Positions 11,402-23,370 of a DNA stretch of 64,000 nucleotides are shown piece by piece. Below the pieces are notes generated by a model. That model ran no database searches, was not told the origin of the DNA, and saw only the letters and a list, made by a program, of their open reading frames with translations. The translations under genes and the position numbers were made by a program. The DNA is from Octopus sinensis. Taxonomy: Eukaryota. The stretch covers positions 100,192,001 through 100,256,000 of the forward strand of contig NC_043006.1 of assembly GCF_006345805.1 (NCBI RefSeq). The letters run 5' to 3'. Within the stretch, counting starts at the first letter, position 1; every line of letters starts with the position of its first letter.

Positions 11402-12000
11402 CCTCTCCCTTCTTGAGATTTTGATTCCCGAGAGAGTTCAATTACTTTTCGCTTAGGAATTATTTCCACATTTTCAGTTTGTTTACATTTTCTATTACTA
11501 CTCCTTCTATACCCAATCTCTTTTGGCGCTGGCACATTGAACATGTCGTAAAACACTTCCATTGGAATTTCCTTCCTTTCCTCCCTATATCTAGTTTTTA
11601 ATTGATTTAGGTGTCGTTTATGCTCCCATCGTTGGCCTTTTATTAAAAACATCCTGTTTCCAATTCGCTTAGTCAATATACCGTTCTCCCAACCTTTTTT
11701 TACACCTCTTGTACATTATAAATTGGACATCGAAATACTTTGTTGGATTTTTTGTATTTTCTCTATACTATTTTTTCTTTGGAAATTTGTCGAAGATAAA
11801 TCTTTATCTTCCGAGCGATCATTAGCTTTGCAGGTGACTTACTTGAACTGGTATTCAGATTGGACATTATTCTGTACACACTGAGGAATTGTATTAGCGC
11901 TTCGTCACATCTATCTCGTTCCTTGCTTCTTTTAGTCCCCCCTTAACAGTGTCTACTAATCATTCTGCCTGCCCATTTGATTTCAGCTGGTAGGGCGGGG
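11402..12000 (-). mobile_element. Gypsy integrase C-terminal remnant
   Basis: PPYQLKSNGQAE*LVDTVK (catalytic E region), YRIMSNLNTSSSKSPAKLMIARKIK, KRIGNRMFLIKGQRWEHKRHLNQLKTRY. Confidence 0.7.
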
Positions 12001-12302
12001 TACAAATGAGTTTGACTACATAACACATACATATCTACTTGCATAATTGCACTCTCTGCATATATACATATATAGTTGCATAAATATAAAAATACGCAGA
12101 TACAAACACACAGGTTATTTCTGTTTTTCTATCTATATATCAGGTTATACTTGCCATCTCAATATGGCTAACCGCTAAGGGTGGGTGTTACTGTAGCTTG
12201 TAGCCCCAGGAGAACATCGTCTCAGCTGGCTTTAGGCACACTTTATGTGCCTTTATGGTATTTTCAAAGGGAGGTCACCCCTCCCTCGTCAACCTAAGTG
12301 AT

Positions 12303-12349
12303 ACGCACGGACTGCAGTTTCTAGGTATTTACCTGTCTTCAGCATACGT
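12303..12349 (-). ncRNA. Type I hammerhead ribozyme (inverted copy)
   Basis: Exact reverse complement of 12628-12674. Confidence 0.75.
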
Positions 12350-12627
12350 CAATCACCGGTTTTCGATGAAAGGGAGTCCCAATGCAAATCCTTATATGGT
12401 TTTTCCAGTAATTTTTCGTCACTGATCTCAAAAAACTGTATGCAAGCAATAATAAATCTCTTAACGAGATATAAGCAGTAACTGCACGACAATATGGAGT
12501 ATACTTGCCATCTCAATATGGCTAACCGCTAAGGGTGGGTGTTACTGTAGCTTGTAACGAAAAGTTACTGGAAAAACGATATATAAGGATTTGCATTGGG
12601 ACTCCCTTCATCGAAAACCGGTGATTG

Positions 12628-12674
12628 ACGTATGCTGAAGACAGGTAAATACCTAGAAACTGCAGTCCGTGCGT
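12628..12674 (+). ncRNA. Type I hammerhead ribozyme
   Basis: ACGTATG-CTGAAGA-(C)AGGT-AAAT-ACCT(A)-GAAA-CTGCAG-TC-CGTGCGT. Stem I is 7 bp with two G.U pairs, stem III is the palindrome ACTGCAGT, and the triplet is GUC. Confidence 0.75.
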
Positions 12675-14639
12675 ATCACTTAGGTTGACGAGGGAGGCAT
12701 GACCTCCCTTTGCAAATACCATAAGGACACAGAAAGTGTGCCTAAATCCAGCTGGAGACGATGTTCTCCTGGGGCTACAAGCTACAGTAACACCCACCCT
12801 TAGCGGTTAGCCATGTTGAGATGGCAAGTATACCTCATATTGTCGTGCAGTTAGTGTTTATATCTCGTTCAGAAATTTATTATCTATATATCTATTTTCA
12901 TTTATGAACCAGGTTCCTCGGAGTTGAATATTGAACTTTTTTTTCCGAAATGCATACACTATTAGCTTAGCAATGGTTTCATATCACAAAGTAAGGAATT
13001 ACTTTCGCTCTGTTCATTTTACTTAAGAACTGCTTCTATATTTTCTAATTGTATTAGTTATTACATCGCATCCTTTGAAAGTAATGTTCAGATTATTAAT
13101 GTGCACGTGACTAACTCTGCAATTTGCCCATTCTCAACATATGTGTCAGTGTTTAATGAATCTACATGAGCGAATATAAATTATTAATCTTAAACAATCA
13201 CTACGGGTCCCAAAATCAACGTTAGTTTTCATCGCTACTGTAAATATCGGGAATAACCATTTTATAAGACACGTTAGTTTGTGATTGTATTTTTGAGCTC
13301 ATTGCAAAAGATGGGTTAAAATGTTTTCTTGAATCAGTGATTTTCCGTTAATTTGTATGGATGAAGTATGTATTTGCATTAGTAGAACGTTTTTACTTGG
13401 TGAATATGATTTTAAAACGATTTGAATACATGAAATCAGTCTGCAAGTATTCCCTTTGATTCTGGATGACAGAAATATTTCCATCGGATTAATATTCGAT
13501 ATTTCAAGCTATATACTTTCAAACAGCAAAGTTTTTTTAAACATCTCTCTAAACACAGTGCTGGAGTCCAGCACTTCCTTCTTCATACTTAAATCTTAAT
13601 TCTTCTGGTTTCGAATAACATACATTGATTATGTACTACGGACAGTTCTATGTACGTGACATGTGGTGTGTACAATATGTCCACATATCCTTATATTAAT
13701 CACTTAAGTTTATTTAGTCACTGACAGGTATTTGCGTTTCATTCTCACTCATTTACGATGTCTCACCTAGCGGTCAAATATTGATCCTCAATGCTTCTAA
13801 TTTGAGCCGATTTCATGTTTCCATTGAACCACATTGTATATCACTTATATAAAATTCGTTCTGTCTGTCTATCGGTCTGTCTTCTCGGATCTCGGGCATC
13901 CTCCATCCGATTGCACTCAAATTTGATATGTAGATACCGACGGTATCAGGGCGTGTATAAGTCTTGAAAAAATTACAAAAATCGATTCTAGGTGAGAATG
14001 CGATCGATAAAGTCGTTTTTGTCCTGCTTTTCTTCCGTCAACCTGTATATAACTGCATCTTCCATTTTTTGTTGTTTTTGTACTGCTTAAAGGCACATTT
14101 CTTTCCTGCCAAGCTTACTGTTTAAACCATGTTTGCGTTCTCCCAGTCAACAGCCTTATCATTACTGGTACTTTAAACTCGTCGGTTGCATATTTGTGTG
14201 AATAAAATCGTTTTTCTTTGGAATAGAAAGAAAGTCTGTCTTTATATCTTCTTTTGCTGGTGTCTCAAATTTAAGTTAAATCAGTGTTTCTCAAAGGGGA
14301 AGCCTATGAGACGGTCGGACAAGTTGCTTTAAGAAAATTTGGTTGAAATGTTTGACAACTCAGCACCGTCTATTGGACGTGGGGCGTTTTGCCCGTCATC
14401 ATATAAAACTTTAATAGTCAATGCTCTTAGACGGGTTAGAACAATAAATTTTTCCTTGCTTTAGATACCATCTTAAAATATTAGTTTATTTATTGAGGAC
14501 ATAAATGAATTTAGAAGCAAAAACAATTGATATAATAAATATATTTTTAATACACTAAAGTGTTTTCTTTGATATTATTCAATTGTATTTTTTTGCAGTT
14601 AATAACTTTATTTGCTACAAACGGAGAAATTGAGAAATT

Positions 14640-17600
14640 CTTCATGTCAACCTTGGCTCTTTCAATGATAATAATAAAACTCGATCGCTACTCAAATCAA
14701 CTACACTTACACCACTAAACCTGAGATCCGCTGAGTTAGAGCCCACTGAGTTTATCCAAAAACAAAGCGTCACTATCATCGAAGAATTCTCCCAGAAAAA
14801 CATATCCTTTATAAAGCTACCACTGCATAGCGAGACTGGCTTTTCCCTTCTGATTCGAAAGAATGTTAAGAACCCTGCTGAAATTTCACAAGTCTTGCAT
14901 GAGACCCAAAACAGAGTACTGTACCCACATCTGTCACAGGCTGCCTGACAGTCAGAGAGAAGGAATCCGACTGACAGATATTCAGTCACAAGATTCTGCT
15001 CCCAGGGCATATAACCCTCTCTTTCTGCCTTTTCCATTGCTGCTATAATGACCATTCTTCTTCAGAGTAGGTTACTCGCATACTTTCCCAACCAAGCATC
15101 CTCAACCCTCTTTTTCCCTATCCACAGCAGCATTGGCTCACTAGGATCTTTTCCGTACACCTGTCTTTTCTGCAGGTATTAACATTCCCCAGTTTAGACG
15201 AAGCATTAACCGCATCCACCTCACCAAACTTATAACGTCTCATGGACACTGCGTTTTCATGTGCAACAAGTAAAAGAATAGATGAAATACCATCATCACC
15301 TCGATAAGTTTTAATCAAAAGCAACATTATTAGTATATAATTCAGTATTAACGGGTAGCATTTGTGAACGTTTTCCATAAGAAATTATCTTCTCAAATAC
15401 TGTCATTTGTAACATCACATCAATTGAGTAGATACTAATTTCGACAAACCACAAATGCTTCAAATAAATTCTAGTGACCTATGACTTGAGACCAATATAA
15501 ACATTATGCCAACCAAAACATGCCGTGCCCGTGTGCCTTTCTCCATACTTCAGTGCCCTGTCCCAAATTCGTTTAGCCCATCTTTATGAAATTATTCCTG
15601 ATATTGACTTTTCATTTGCATCAATGGCTAAGTTCTTTTGAGACATCATAAATAGATGAATCACTGACTTAAATACTTGTATTAGATTGGTGTACTCCAA
15701 TACATTTTGTGGTTGTATTCTCAATGAAAATGAGACACCACGTACACGAAACGATGCAAGCGCGAATACAGTCTAAATAATGGTCAATACCAGTTCCAGA
15801 AAAATTAACAAGTCAGAGAAAAGACTCTACTTCTTATCCTTTTGTAGATTTTACATCTATACTTCTTACTACTGAACAATGATCTGGTGAATTATTTTCC
15901 TTTGTTAGTCTATATTCTCCGAAGACAATTAATCAGTCTCTAACACATTTATCGCAATTAATCACCATGTCTGATAATTCTAAACTTTTATGATCTTATC
16001 TACTTTGATGTATAGATTTCCAAAAGTTTTAACACCAATAAATATTTCATCTTCATAAATAATATCAGTATAAATGCCGTACCACATCAACATGTTCAAA
16101 TGATCTCTGACGCGTGGTGCTGCCTGCTTTAATTTCCCATTGAAGCTACGTTCACCTTTGTTATTGTAAAAGGACCTATTAGTGTATTTTAGACATTTCT
16201 ATCTGATCATACACCTTTAATTTGAATTTAGGAAACTAATTCATGTTCGAAAGACATTAATGGATCGATTCAGTACTTGGATAAAAACCAGAACACATTC
16301 TTTCTTTTAACATATTTTATAGCCTCCTTATATTCTAAAATTTCACTCAGCCTTGGTCAGAGCAAATATAGGAGAGGTACATTTACGAATAGGAACAGCT
16401 CACAGAACATTCTTAATTAGTTTCTTCAATATCATTATGACTAATGGTTCAATGTCTATTGACAATATTCTTGGATTGAAAGAACACGCCTGATATTAAT
16501 TTCCTTTCTGAAGATTGTTATGCTTAAATCATTTTATACTCCAAAATTATCCCGGAGCTTCAGTCACAAGAGTTAATGTTGAACTATCAGTATTCATCAC
16601 GTCCATACCAAACAAACCATGATATTTTTATTACATTCCACATCAACAACACGCACACCATCTATCGTCTTATCGGTTTCCAATAATGTGTAAAACTTCC
16701 CAACAATTCCAATGAATAATCCATCAAATTATTTTAGTTTGAGATTACATTTTCAAAATTTCGGTTTATTCAAATCCATCAGAATTTAAGAGGCATTATA
16801 ATTGCTTGGTTGTCAGTCTTAATTTGCATTTCACCATAAACGTTATTGAGTTTTACCCTGATCATAGCAGCATTTCCTAAATACTCGCAAAATTCTCAGT
16901 CTTAGCTTCCTCAACCATACATCGTGGATTAGAACATTGCCCCAAAATGACATTTTTCTCCAAAATTCTAAGACGAGTTTTCGTCAGGAAGTGCAAATTT
17001 CTGCGTGCTAATATTCACAATATTTACATATAGAACAAGATCTATAAGTGCTCCAAAATTACCAGTTACACAATGACGTCATGAGGATCGGCAATTTTCT
17101 GCAGATTTTTCAAACTAAAATTTTGATATCAATCATTCCCTTGTATTAAGCCTTGTGTTAAATAACTAAAAACATTCTAATGCAATTTTGTGCTACTCGT
17201 ACAAATAGATGTCATCTTGAACTGATTGACATATATATTACATTCAATGCTTTAATTCCAATTTTATAAGATTAGTAACAACCATGGGGATGAATATGAT
17301 TAGATTTAATCAGATTTTCTGGTTCTGCTCCTAATATTTCAAGTTCAATGGCTTCAGTACAACCGAAAATTTTCGAATCACAGTTAAACGTCCTTGAGAT
17401 AGATAAACATCTTCCCTGTTCCTTATCGTTAATTTCTCGCAGAGCTTTCGCTGTTGTAGAAATAAATCTTCATAGACACTTTCTGGAATATTTTGATGAA
17501 CATTTATTGTTATTAACAAGCTATGCCATTGTCGTGTTGCGCATTGTGTAACATATTACGGACATTATCACTCGCGTTTCTTTCCCTATTAGATATTTTA

Positions 17601-17660
17601 TGCTACCAAACATTCGATCAATCTTATCAAATTAGCAGCCAACTTAAAATATTACAATCC
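14640..17660 (-). pseudogene. Candidate endogenous viral element: decayed C-terminal half of a negative-strand RNA virus L protein (PRNTase capping and methyltransferase domains)
   Basis: PRNTase-like motif A R-TFN-[C, TGT for TGG]-DSK-I-F-G-C-T-E-A-IELEILG (17350-17394); motif B YL[+1 nt]SSTK (about 17186-17207); motif C as TGA (17110-17112); motif E NFASI[*]EMLL (about 16866-16893). MTase-like YGK...GDDGISSILL (15289-15373), GKDPSEP, WLGKYASNLL, IIAAME. Many stops and frameshifts. Confidence 0.7.
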
Positions 17661-17689
17661 TGTTCAAAGATCCAGAAATTATGCAATAC

Positions 17690-17726
17690 TAATATAATAA
17701 TAATGATGATGATAATAATAATAATA

Positions 17727-17766
<40 letters not shown>

Positions 17767-17785
17767 CAACAACAACAACAACAAC

Positions 17786-17817
<32 letters not shown>

Positions 17818-17837
17818 TAATAATAATAATAATAATA
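17690..17837. repeat. (AAT)n/(AAC)n microsatellite
   Basis: Directly visible. Confidence 0.95.
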
Positions 17838-17892
17838 TACATGGTTTCGTCTTGGTATAAAAGATGGGGTGCAGCAAACATTCTGCTCAATA

Positions 17893-18035
17893 CCACTAGG
17901 CACTGCACACATCCTACGCAGAACACTTTCCATACAATAACCATCAGAGCATCACAACAAATCACAGCACATACCCAAGGCACACAGAGCTGCGCTCGGT
18001 AGTGAAGTGAGAGCACGATATAAAAAATAAAACTA

Positions 18036-18040
<5 letters not shown>
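17893..18040 (+). mobile_element. R4/Dong LINE 3' end (short)
   Basis: LGTAHILRRTLSIQ* plus a 3' UTR matching 35990-36130, followed by (AAT)n. Confidence 0.85.
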
Positions 18041-18082
<42 letters not shown>

Positions 18083-18088
18083 TGATAA

Positions 18089-18298
18089 TTTCAAGTTTAG
18101 GAACAAGACCAGCAATTTCAGGGGAGGGTTTCGTCCATTACATCAACGCCAGTGCTCAAGTGGTACTCATTTTATCGACATCGAAAGGGCAATAGGCAAA
18201 GTCGACCTCGACGAAATTGGAACTCAGAACGTAAGGACAGACGAAATGCCACTAAGTTTTCTGCTCGGAATGCTAACAATTCTGCCAGCATGCCACCT
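18089..18298 (-). mobile_element. tRNA-derived SINE, Nin/Deu-like domain
   Basis: GGTACTCATTTTATCGAC..GGCAAAGTCGACCTCGACGAAATTGGAACTCAG on +, the same family as 58134-58357. Confidence 0.7.
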
Positions 18299-18390
18299 TA
18301 ATGATAATGAAGATGCTGATGCTGCTGCTGCTGATGCTGATGATGCTGTGCTGCTGATGCTGATGCTGATGCCTTAGCTGCTGCTGATGG

Positions 18391-18439
<49 letters not shown>

Positions 18440-19258
18440 AAACGCAAAAGAAATAGACAAAGCAAAATCCCAACAATAGCTGAGAAGCTCAAGACGCAAA
18501 GAAGAGACTGAAGGATTTTTAATTGCAGCACAAGACCAAAGCCTCCCCACCAGAAATTACCAAAAACATGTAATGAAAAGAAACATAACAAGTTACTGCA
18601 GAATATGTGGAGATGGACAAGAAACAATAAACCATATTGTCTCTGGCTGTCCAGTTTTGACTAAGAAGGAATATATCCACAGACATAACAGAGTTGGGAC
18701 CTACATACACTGGAAGCTATGCCAACATTATGGAATAACAACAGAAAAACGATAGTATAGGCACACGCCATAAAAGGTCATAGAAAATGAGAAAGCAACC
18801 ATACTATGGGATATGCCGATACAAACAGATAGAGAAATTGAGGCCAATAGGCCAATATAGTTGTCAGATCATCAAGAACAAAAATGCTTTCTAACCGATG
18901 TATCAATACCGACAGATGACAGCGTTTCTGTAAAAGAAATGGAGAAACTTTCAATATACAAGGACCAGGAAACAGTTAACTTGAATGTGGAGTCTAAAAA
19001 CAGAAACAATTCCTATCATAGTAGGTGCATTAGGTATGATAAAAAAATATTCAGACAAATACGTAAAGCACCAGGACAAACAAATATATATATATAACAT
19101 AGAGAAAATAGCACTACTAGGCACCGCACACATCCTACGCAAAACAATTTCAATACAGTAACAAGAAGGACGTCACAACAAACCACAGCACATACCCAAG
19201 GCACACAGAGCTGCGCTCGGTAGGCAGTAAAAGCAGGTGATAAAAATAAGATTACTGA
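18440..19258 (+). mobile_element. R4/Dong LINE 3' portion (CCHC and REL endonuclease), decayed
   Basis: EGFLIAAQDQSLPTRNY, CRICGDGQETINHIVSGC..YIHRHNRV; collinear with 35320-36130; flanked by (GAT)n. Confidence 0.85.
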
Positions 19259-19299
<41 letters not shown>

Positions 19300-19319
19300 A
19301 GTAATAATAATGATAATAA

Positions 19320-19685
19320 ATGCCCAGTACTAGGTATTGGCTCTCATAGCTTCTGATCTTAACTGATTGGAAGTGTTATCATGTACCTTGTTTCGTCTTG
19401 GTATAAAATATTGGGTACAGCAAATATTCTGCTCAATACCACAGATTTGCTTGTCAGTTGCTTGGCCTTAACCAGTTGAACAAGCCCCTGGTGGCTGATG
19501 ATATGTGCATTTCTTATCACAAGAGACGTTGTAGGGAGCATCGTAACCATGTATTGAGAGGAATTCTTCTTCTGGAAACACGGGTGCTTCGCTCAACATC
19601 CTTAAACAACCCTTAAACAAGGGCATTTTGAGCAGGATGGGCTACTCGACATTATGAAAATTCTAACTGGGCCCCACCAGCAAGA
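19320..19685 (-). mobile_element. Fragment of the long non-coding retroposon-like repeat also at 56716-57390
   Basis: Shares GCTTCTGATCTTAACTGATTGGAAGTGTTATCATGTAC..CAGCAAATATTCTGCTCAATACCACAGATTTGCTTGTCAG with 56870-56985. Confidence 0.75.
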
Positions 19686-19949
19686 GGATGAAAGGCAAAG
19701 TCAGTGGTACTAGAACACAGAACTTGATTACAGACGAAATACCGCTAAGCATTTCGCGGGGTGAGCTAAAGATTGTGCCTGCTCGTCCCCTTAACATCAA
19801 TAATAGCGTTTTATTCATTTACGACTAATGGTTCACAGAATCCAATGGGGATGGTATAAGACAATATAATGTAGAGTTACAAAATAAGAAACCCCTAAAA
19901 ATACAAACGAAAACAATACAAATTCTAAGAAATAAAAGTTCCTGGAAAA

Positions 19950-20620
19950 GAGTGAGACTACCTAAGGCTGCTCATTCAGACTCCACATAACTGCGATCCG
20001 TTTGATCACTAGGGCAGGTGCTTTTTCCCAATTATCTTCCTTCAATCTACAGATGGATGCTTAGAGTGAGTCCGTTCACTTGCACCATTCTTGCCACATC
20101 ACCAATGAAACACCTGGCCAGCAGAATGCGTTGTTTCCACAGAAAGTATAGTAGCACGTTCTCCGGTATGGGCAGACGTAAATGAGGGCAACTCACAGCG
20201 GTCAAGCGTCAATATATAACGAAGGCGATGTATGCATTCGTCTGCCCGAAATATCTGACACAGCTTTCACTCCACCAATTTTTGGGTGAGATTGCCTATC
20301 CTACTAGTTACATCATCCTAGTTCTTCCTCATTTGGTAATCCGCACTGAGCCACACACCAAGCAATTCACCGCTCATCCAGCCAACATACCATCATGTTG
20401 TTGGATGGCATGAACCTGCCTCTCTGGGTGCCAAGCCGCAGACCCACTGACTTTTTTTGTGCTTACGTTTTGCTCTTGCCGATGAGGTTTATGTTTCTGG
20501 TGTTCGAGACTATGACGATGAAAATGTCTGCATATGTCAACTGAACCCTGGACCATATGGCTAGGAAACATTGTTCTTACACTGCTGGCACTCATGCGCG
20601 TACCCGTACCAATTTAAAAT
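19950..20620 (-). mobile_element. Degenerate LINE 3' ORF region (possibly Tx1-like)
   Basis: Minus-strand peptide fragments (LRYILTLDRCELP, VARMVQVNGLTL) resemble the remnant at 54400-54800. The clade assignment is weak. Confidence 0.35.
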
Positions 20621-21170
20621 CTATTCACCCATCACTGTCGATGATTTTCCTTCCATTCTTTACTACTGTTGTTGTTATTTTCATTAATTTCGAAATGCAG
20701 CAAATTTCATAAATCTGTCCTCATATCAAACAAATTAGAATTTCAATGTTTGAGACGTGATTGTTTTTATAATTTACTTTTACTGTGTCAACAAATCATA
20801 AACTTAGTATATTACAGTATTTATTGATACAGTTAGACAGGAAATGAAACAAACCAATGAAACTAAATTATGCAAAACAAGATACTATTGAAAAAAACAA
20901 AAGCAAGTGTTGGGACTATTCAATGAGGATTTTTTTTTCATTTATATTAACAATTTTCTTTGTAAGTGAAAGCAGAGTTTTGTCATTTACTTTTTCCCGT
21001 TTGTTTAGTTTTAATCATATTTCATCGTATATTCATGAATAACTTGTTATAATGTTTGCCTAAATGAGACTTAATACCATTCTCAGATATGTAATTAATG
21101 CGACATGGAAACTCATTTGAAGCTATGCAAATATTACTACTATCACAACAACGGTTACTCCTGCTGCTCT

Positions 21171-21245
<75 letters not shown>

Positions 21246-21246
21246 G

Positions 21247-21277
<31 letters not shown>

Positions 21278-21339
21278 AATTAAATAATGTAATAATAATA
21301 ATAATAATAATGATAATAATAATAATGATAATAATAATA

Positions 21340-21488
21340 ATACACACGTATTGAGAAGAGCATTGTCGATATGAGAACTGTTGCTGCACTACTGAATTTG
21401 GTTTAATGGCCTACCAATGTATACTATGAGTTTCTTTGCCCTAGGAGTCGGGAAGACACTCGGCAAGAAATGGAAGCAAATTTGAAAG
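21340..21488 (+). mobile_element. 3' end of a second R4-like family
   Basis: HVLRRALSI* then a UTR ending AAATTTGAAAGAAGAAAAAAA before (AAT)n; a reverse copy lies at 58740-58935. Confidence 0.65.
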
Positions 21489-21535
21489 AAGAAAAAAAAG
21501 TAATAATAATAATAATGATAATAATAATAATAATG

Positions 21536-21589
<54 letters not shown>

Positions 21590-21948
21590 GTATCGATACC
21601 AGGGGATGACAACGTGTCTCTAAAACAAATGGAGAAACTTTCAAAATACAAAGACCTGGAAATACATGTAACCAGAATGCGGAATCTAAAAGCAGAAGCA
21701 ATTCCTATCATAATAGGTGCATAGGCATGATAAAAAAATATTCAGACAAATACATAACAAAAACACCAGGACTTACAAACACACATAACATACAGAAAAT
21801 TGCACTACTAGGCACTGCACACATCCTACGCAGAACACTTTCCATACAATAACCATCAGAGCATCACAACGAATCACAGCACATACCCAAGGCACACAGC
21901 TATGCTCGGTAGTGAAGTGAAAGCACGATATAAAAATAAAACTACTGA
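21590..21948 (+). mobile_element. R4/Dong 3' end, tandem copy 1
   Basis: VSIPGDDNVSLKQMEKLSKYKDLEI...LGTAHILRRTLSIQ* plus UTR, between (AAT)n tracts. Confidence 0.9.
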
Positions 21949-21978
21949 ATGACAATAATAATAATAATAATAATAATA

Positions 21979-22030
<52 letters not shown>

Positions 22031-22390
22031 GTATCGATACCAGCGGATGACAACGTGTCTCTAAAACAAATGGAGAAACTTTCAAAATACAAAGACCTGG
22101 AAATACATGTAACCAGAATGCGGAATCTAAAAGCAGAAGCAATTCCTATCATAATAGGTGCATTAGGCATGATAAAAAAATATTCAGACAAATACATAAC
22201 AAAAACACCAGGACTTACAAACACACATAACATACAGAAAATTGCACTACTAGGCACTGCACACATCCTACGCAGAACACTTTCCATACAATAACCATCA
22301 GAGCATCACAACGAATCACAGCACATACCCAAGGCACACAGCTATGCTCGGTAGTGAAGTGAAAGCACGATATAAAAATAAAACTACTGA
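22031..22390 (+). mobile_element. R4/Dong 3' end, tandem copy 2
   Basis: Near-identical to 21590-21948, with the same 5' truncation point 441 bp downstream. Confidence 0.9.
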
Positions 22391-22395
22391 ATGAC

Positions 22396-22472
<77 letters not shown>

Positions 22473-22541
22473 CATTATCATAGCAAGGACAACGTTCATA
22501 GTAATAAATAATAATATAAACGGAAGAGAGAGGTTATAATA

Positions 22542-23370
22542 GTGAATGATCACAAGACTTTAGGAGATTTCCGTACGATTGAGTGGCGTGTTGTTGAGGC
22601 AATAGAACCAGATATGATTGTACAGGGAGGAAAAGACAGTGATAAATTATAGATATTGCAATACAATTTCTTAAAGAGTGCATCATCCATAGCCAGAGAG
22701 ATGGAAATATCCTACAAAATAAAGTTGGCAATTGCTCTTGTAGTAATTGGTGTGTTTGTTAGTCAAGCTCCTATCTACGCAACAGAAATTTTACTGGAAT
22801 TACGACACTCATCGTCGCTCAGCAGAAATGTACTACCATGTAATCTGGAAGATGTCTCAGAAGGTTTCTTGAAGATATTTGAAAACTTGTTCTAGGCAGT
22901 ATATAACCTGTAGCCGTATGCCAGTCAAATTTCATTGCCAAAAGTATATGGAATTTAAGTGAATATTCAAGAAATGATGTTGTCAGTAGCCAGCAGAGTT
23001 GTTAAAATGTTATTCGCCAAAGTAGCAGTATTAATTGCAGGAGCCAATCATTATATCTAAGTTAACGTGGATGCTTTGTCAGAACACCGAATACTGGGAT
23101 ATTTACCAGGGGACTATCCCTCATTTGGACGCCTGGTGTATAAAAGCACGCATATTTGCGCCGAAACTGTAGGATCACGTGATTTCGATGTGCCTAATCT
23201 CTTCAGTGGCAGATGTCTGGCAGCCGCGTACCAGTCAAATCTCACGGATAACGGTATATGAAATTTGAGTAACTATTCATGCCCTGATCTCAACAGGATT
23301 ATTAGAATATAATTATTAGCGACATCAGTAGTATTCCTGCGGCTGTAGCGGATGATTCTTTATGCCAGCT
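22542..23370 (+). pseudogene. Decayed single-frame ORF of unknown identity (possibly a viral nucleoprotein-like relic)
   Basis: One frame reads as complex protein-like sequence for about 275 codons with only scattered stops and no obvious frameshift. It includes listed ORFs 22656-22895 and 23067-23261, which are in the same frame. Confidence 0.4.

Larger units (their letters stand above)
12142..12880. repeat. Complex inverted/tandem repeat X-Y-w-z-X-Y'-X'-z' carrying two HHRs
   Basis: About 12146-12420 is the reverse complement of 12557-12832, with several substitutions. X is repeated directly at about 12500-12556. TATCTATATATC flanks the unit at 12130-12141 and 12881-12892. Confidence 0.9.

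Noticed and set aside
13855-14030. Helentron/DINE-like non-autonomous fragment (CTGTCTGTCT..CCGATTGCACTCAAATTTGATATG)
   Set aside because: Only a loose motif resemblance; no subterminal repeats or 3' hairpin could be defined.
14282-14460. hAT-like terminus CAGTGTTTCTCAAA
   Set aside because: No matching second TIR, TSD or transposase was found.
14643-14970. Plus-strand open frame (HVNLGSF...FIKLPLHSETGFSLL) after a TTTTTGCAG acceptor-like site as a host exon
   Set aside because: It is the antisense phase of the minus-strand L-like frame, has a stop just upstream and no convincing donor or homology.
14642-15378. Reading CDRCG..CKTC and KFGEVD as an RNA polymerase II second-subunit C-terminus
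   Set aside because: Motif order and spacing do not fit. The viral methyltransferase reading explains more motifs in the right order.
17523-18115. Long ORFs rich in poly-Ile, Leu, Tyr, Ser, Met, Thr or His (here and at 21.1-22.5, 24.4-24.9, 26.1-26.4, 44.2-44.6, 50.0-50.5, 53.7-54.2 and 56.5-56.9 kb)
   Set aside because: They are stop-free readings of trinucleotide or dinucleotide microsatellites, with no evidence of real genes.
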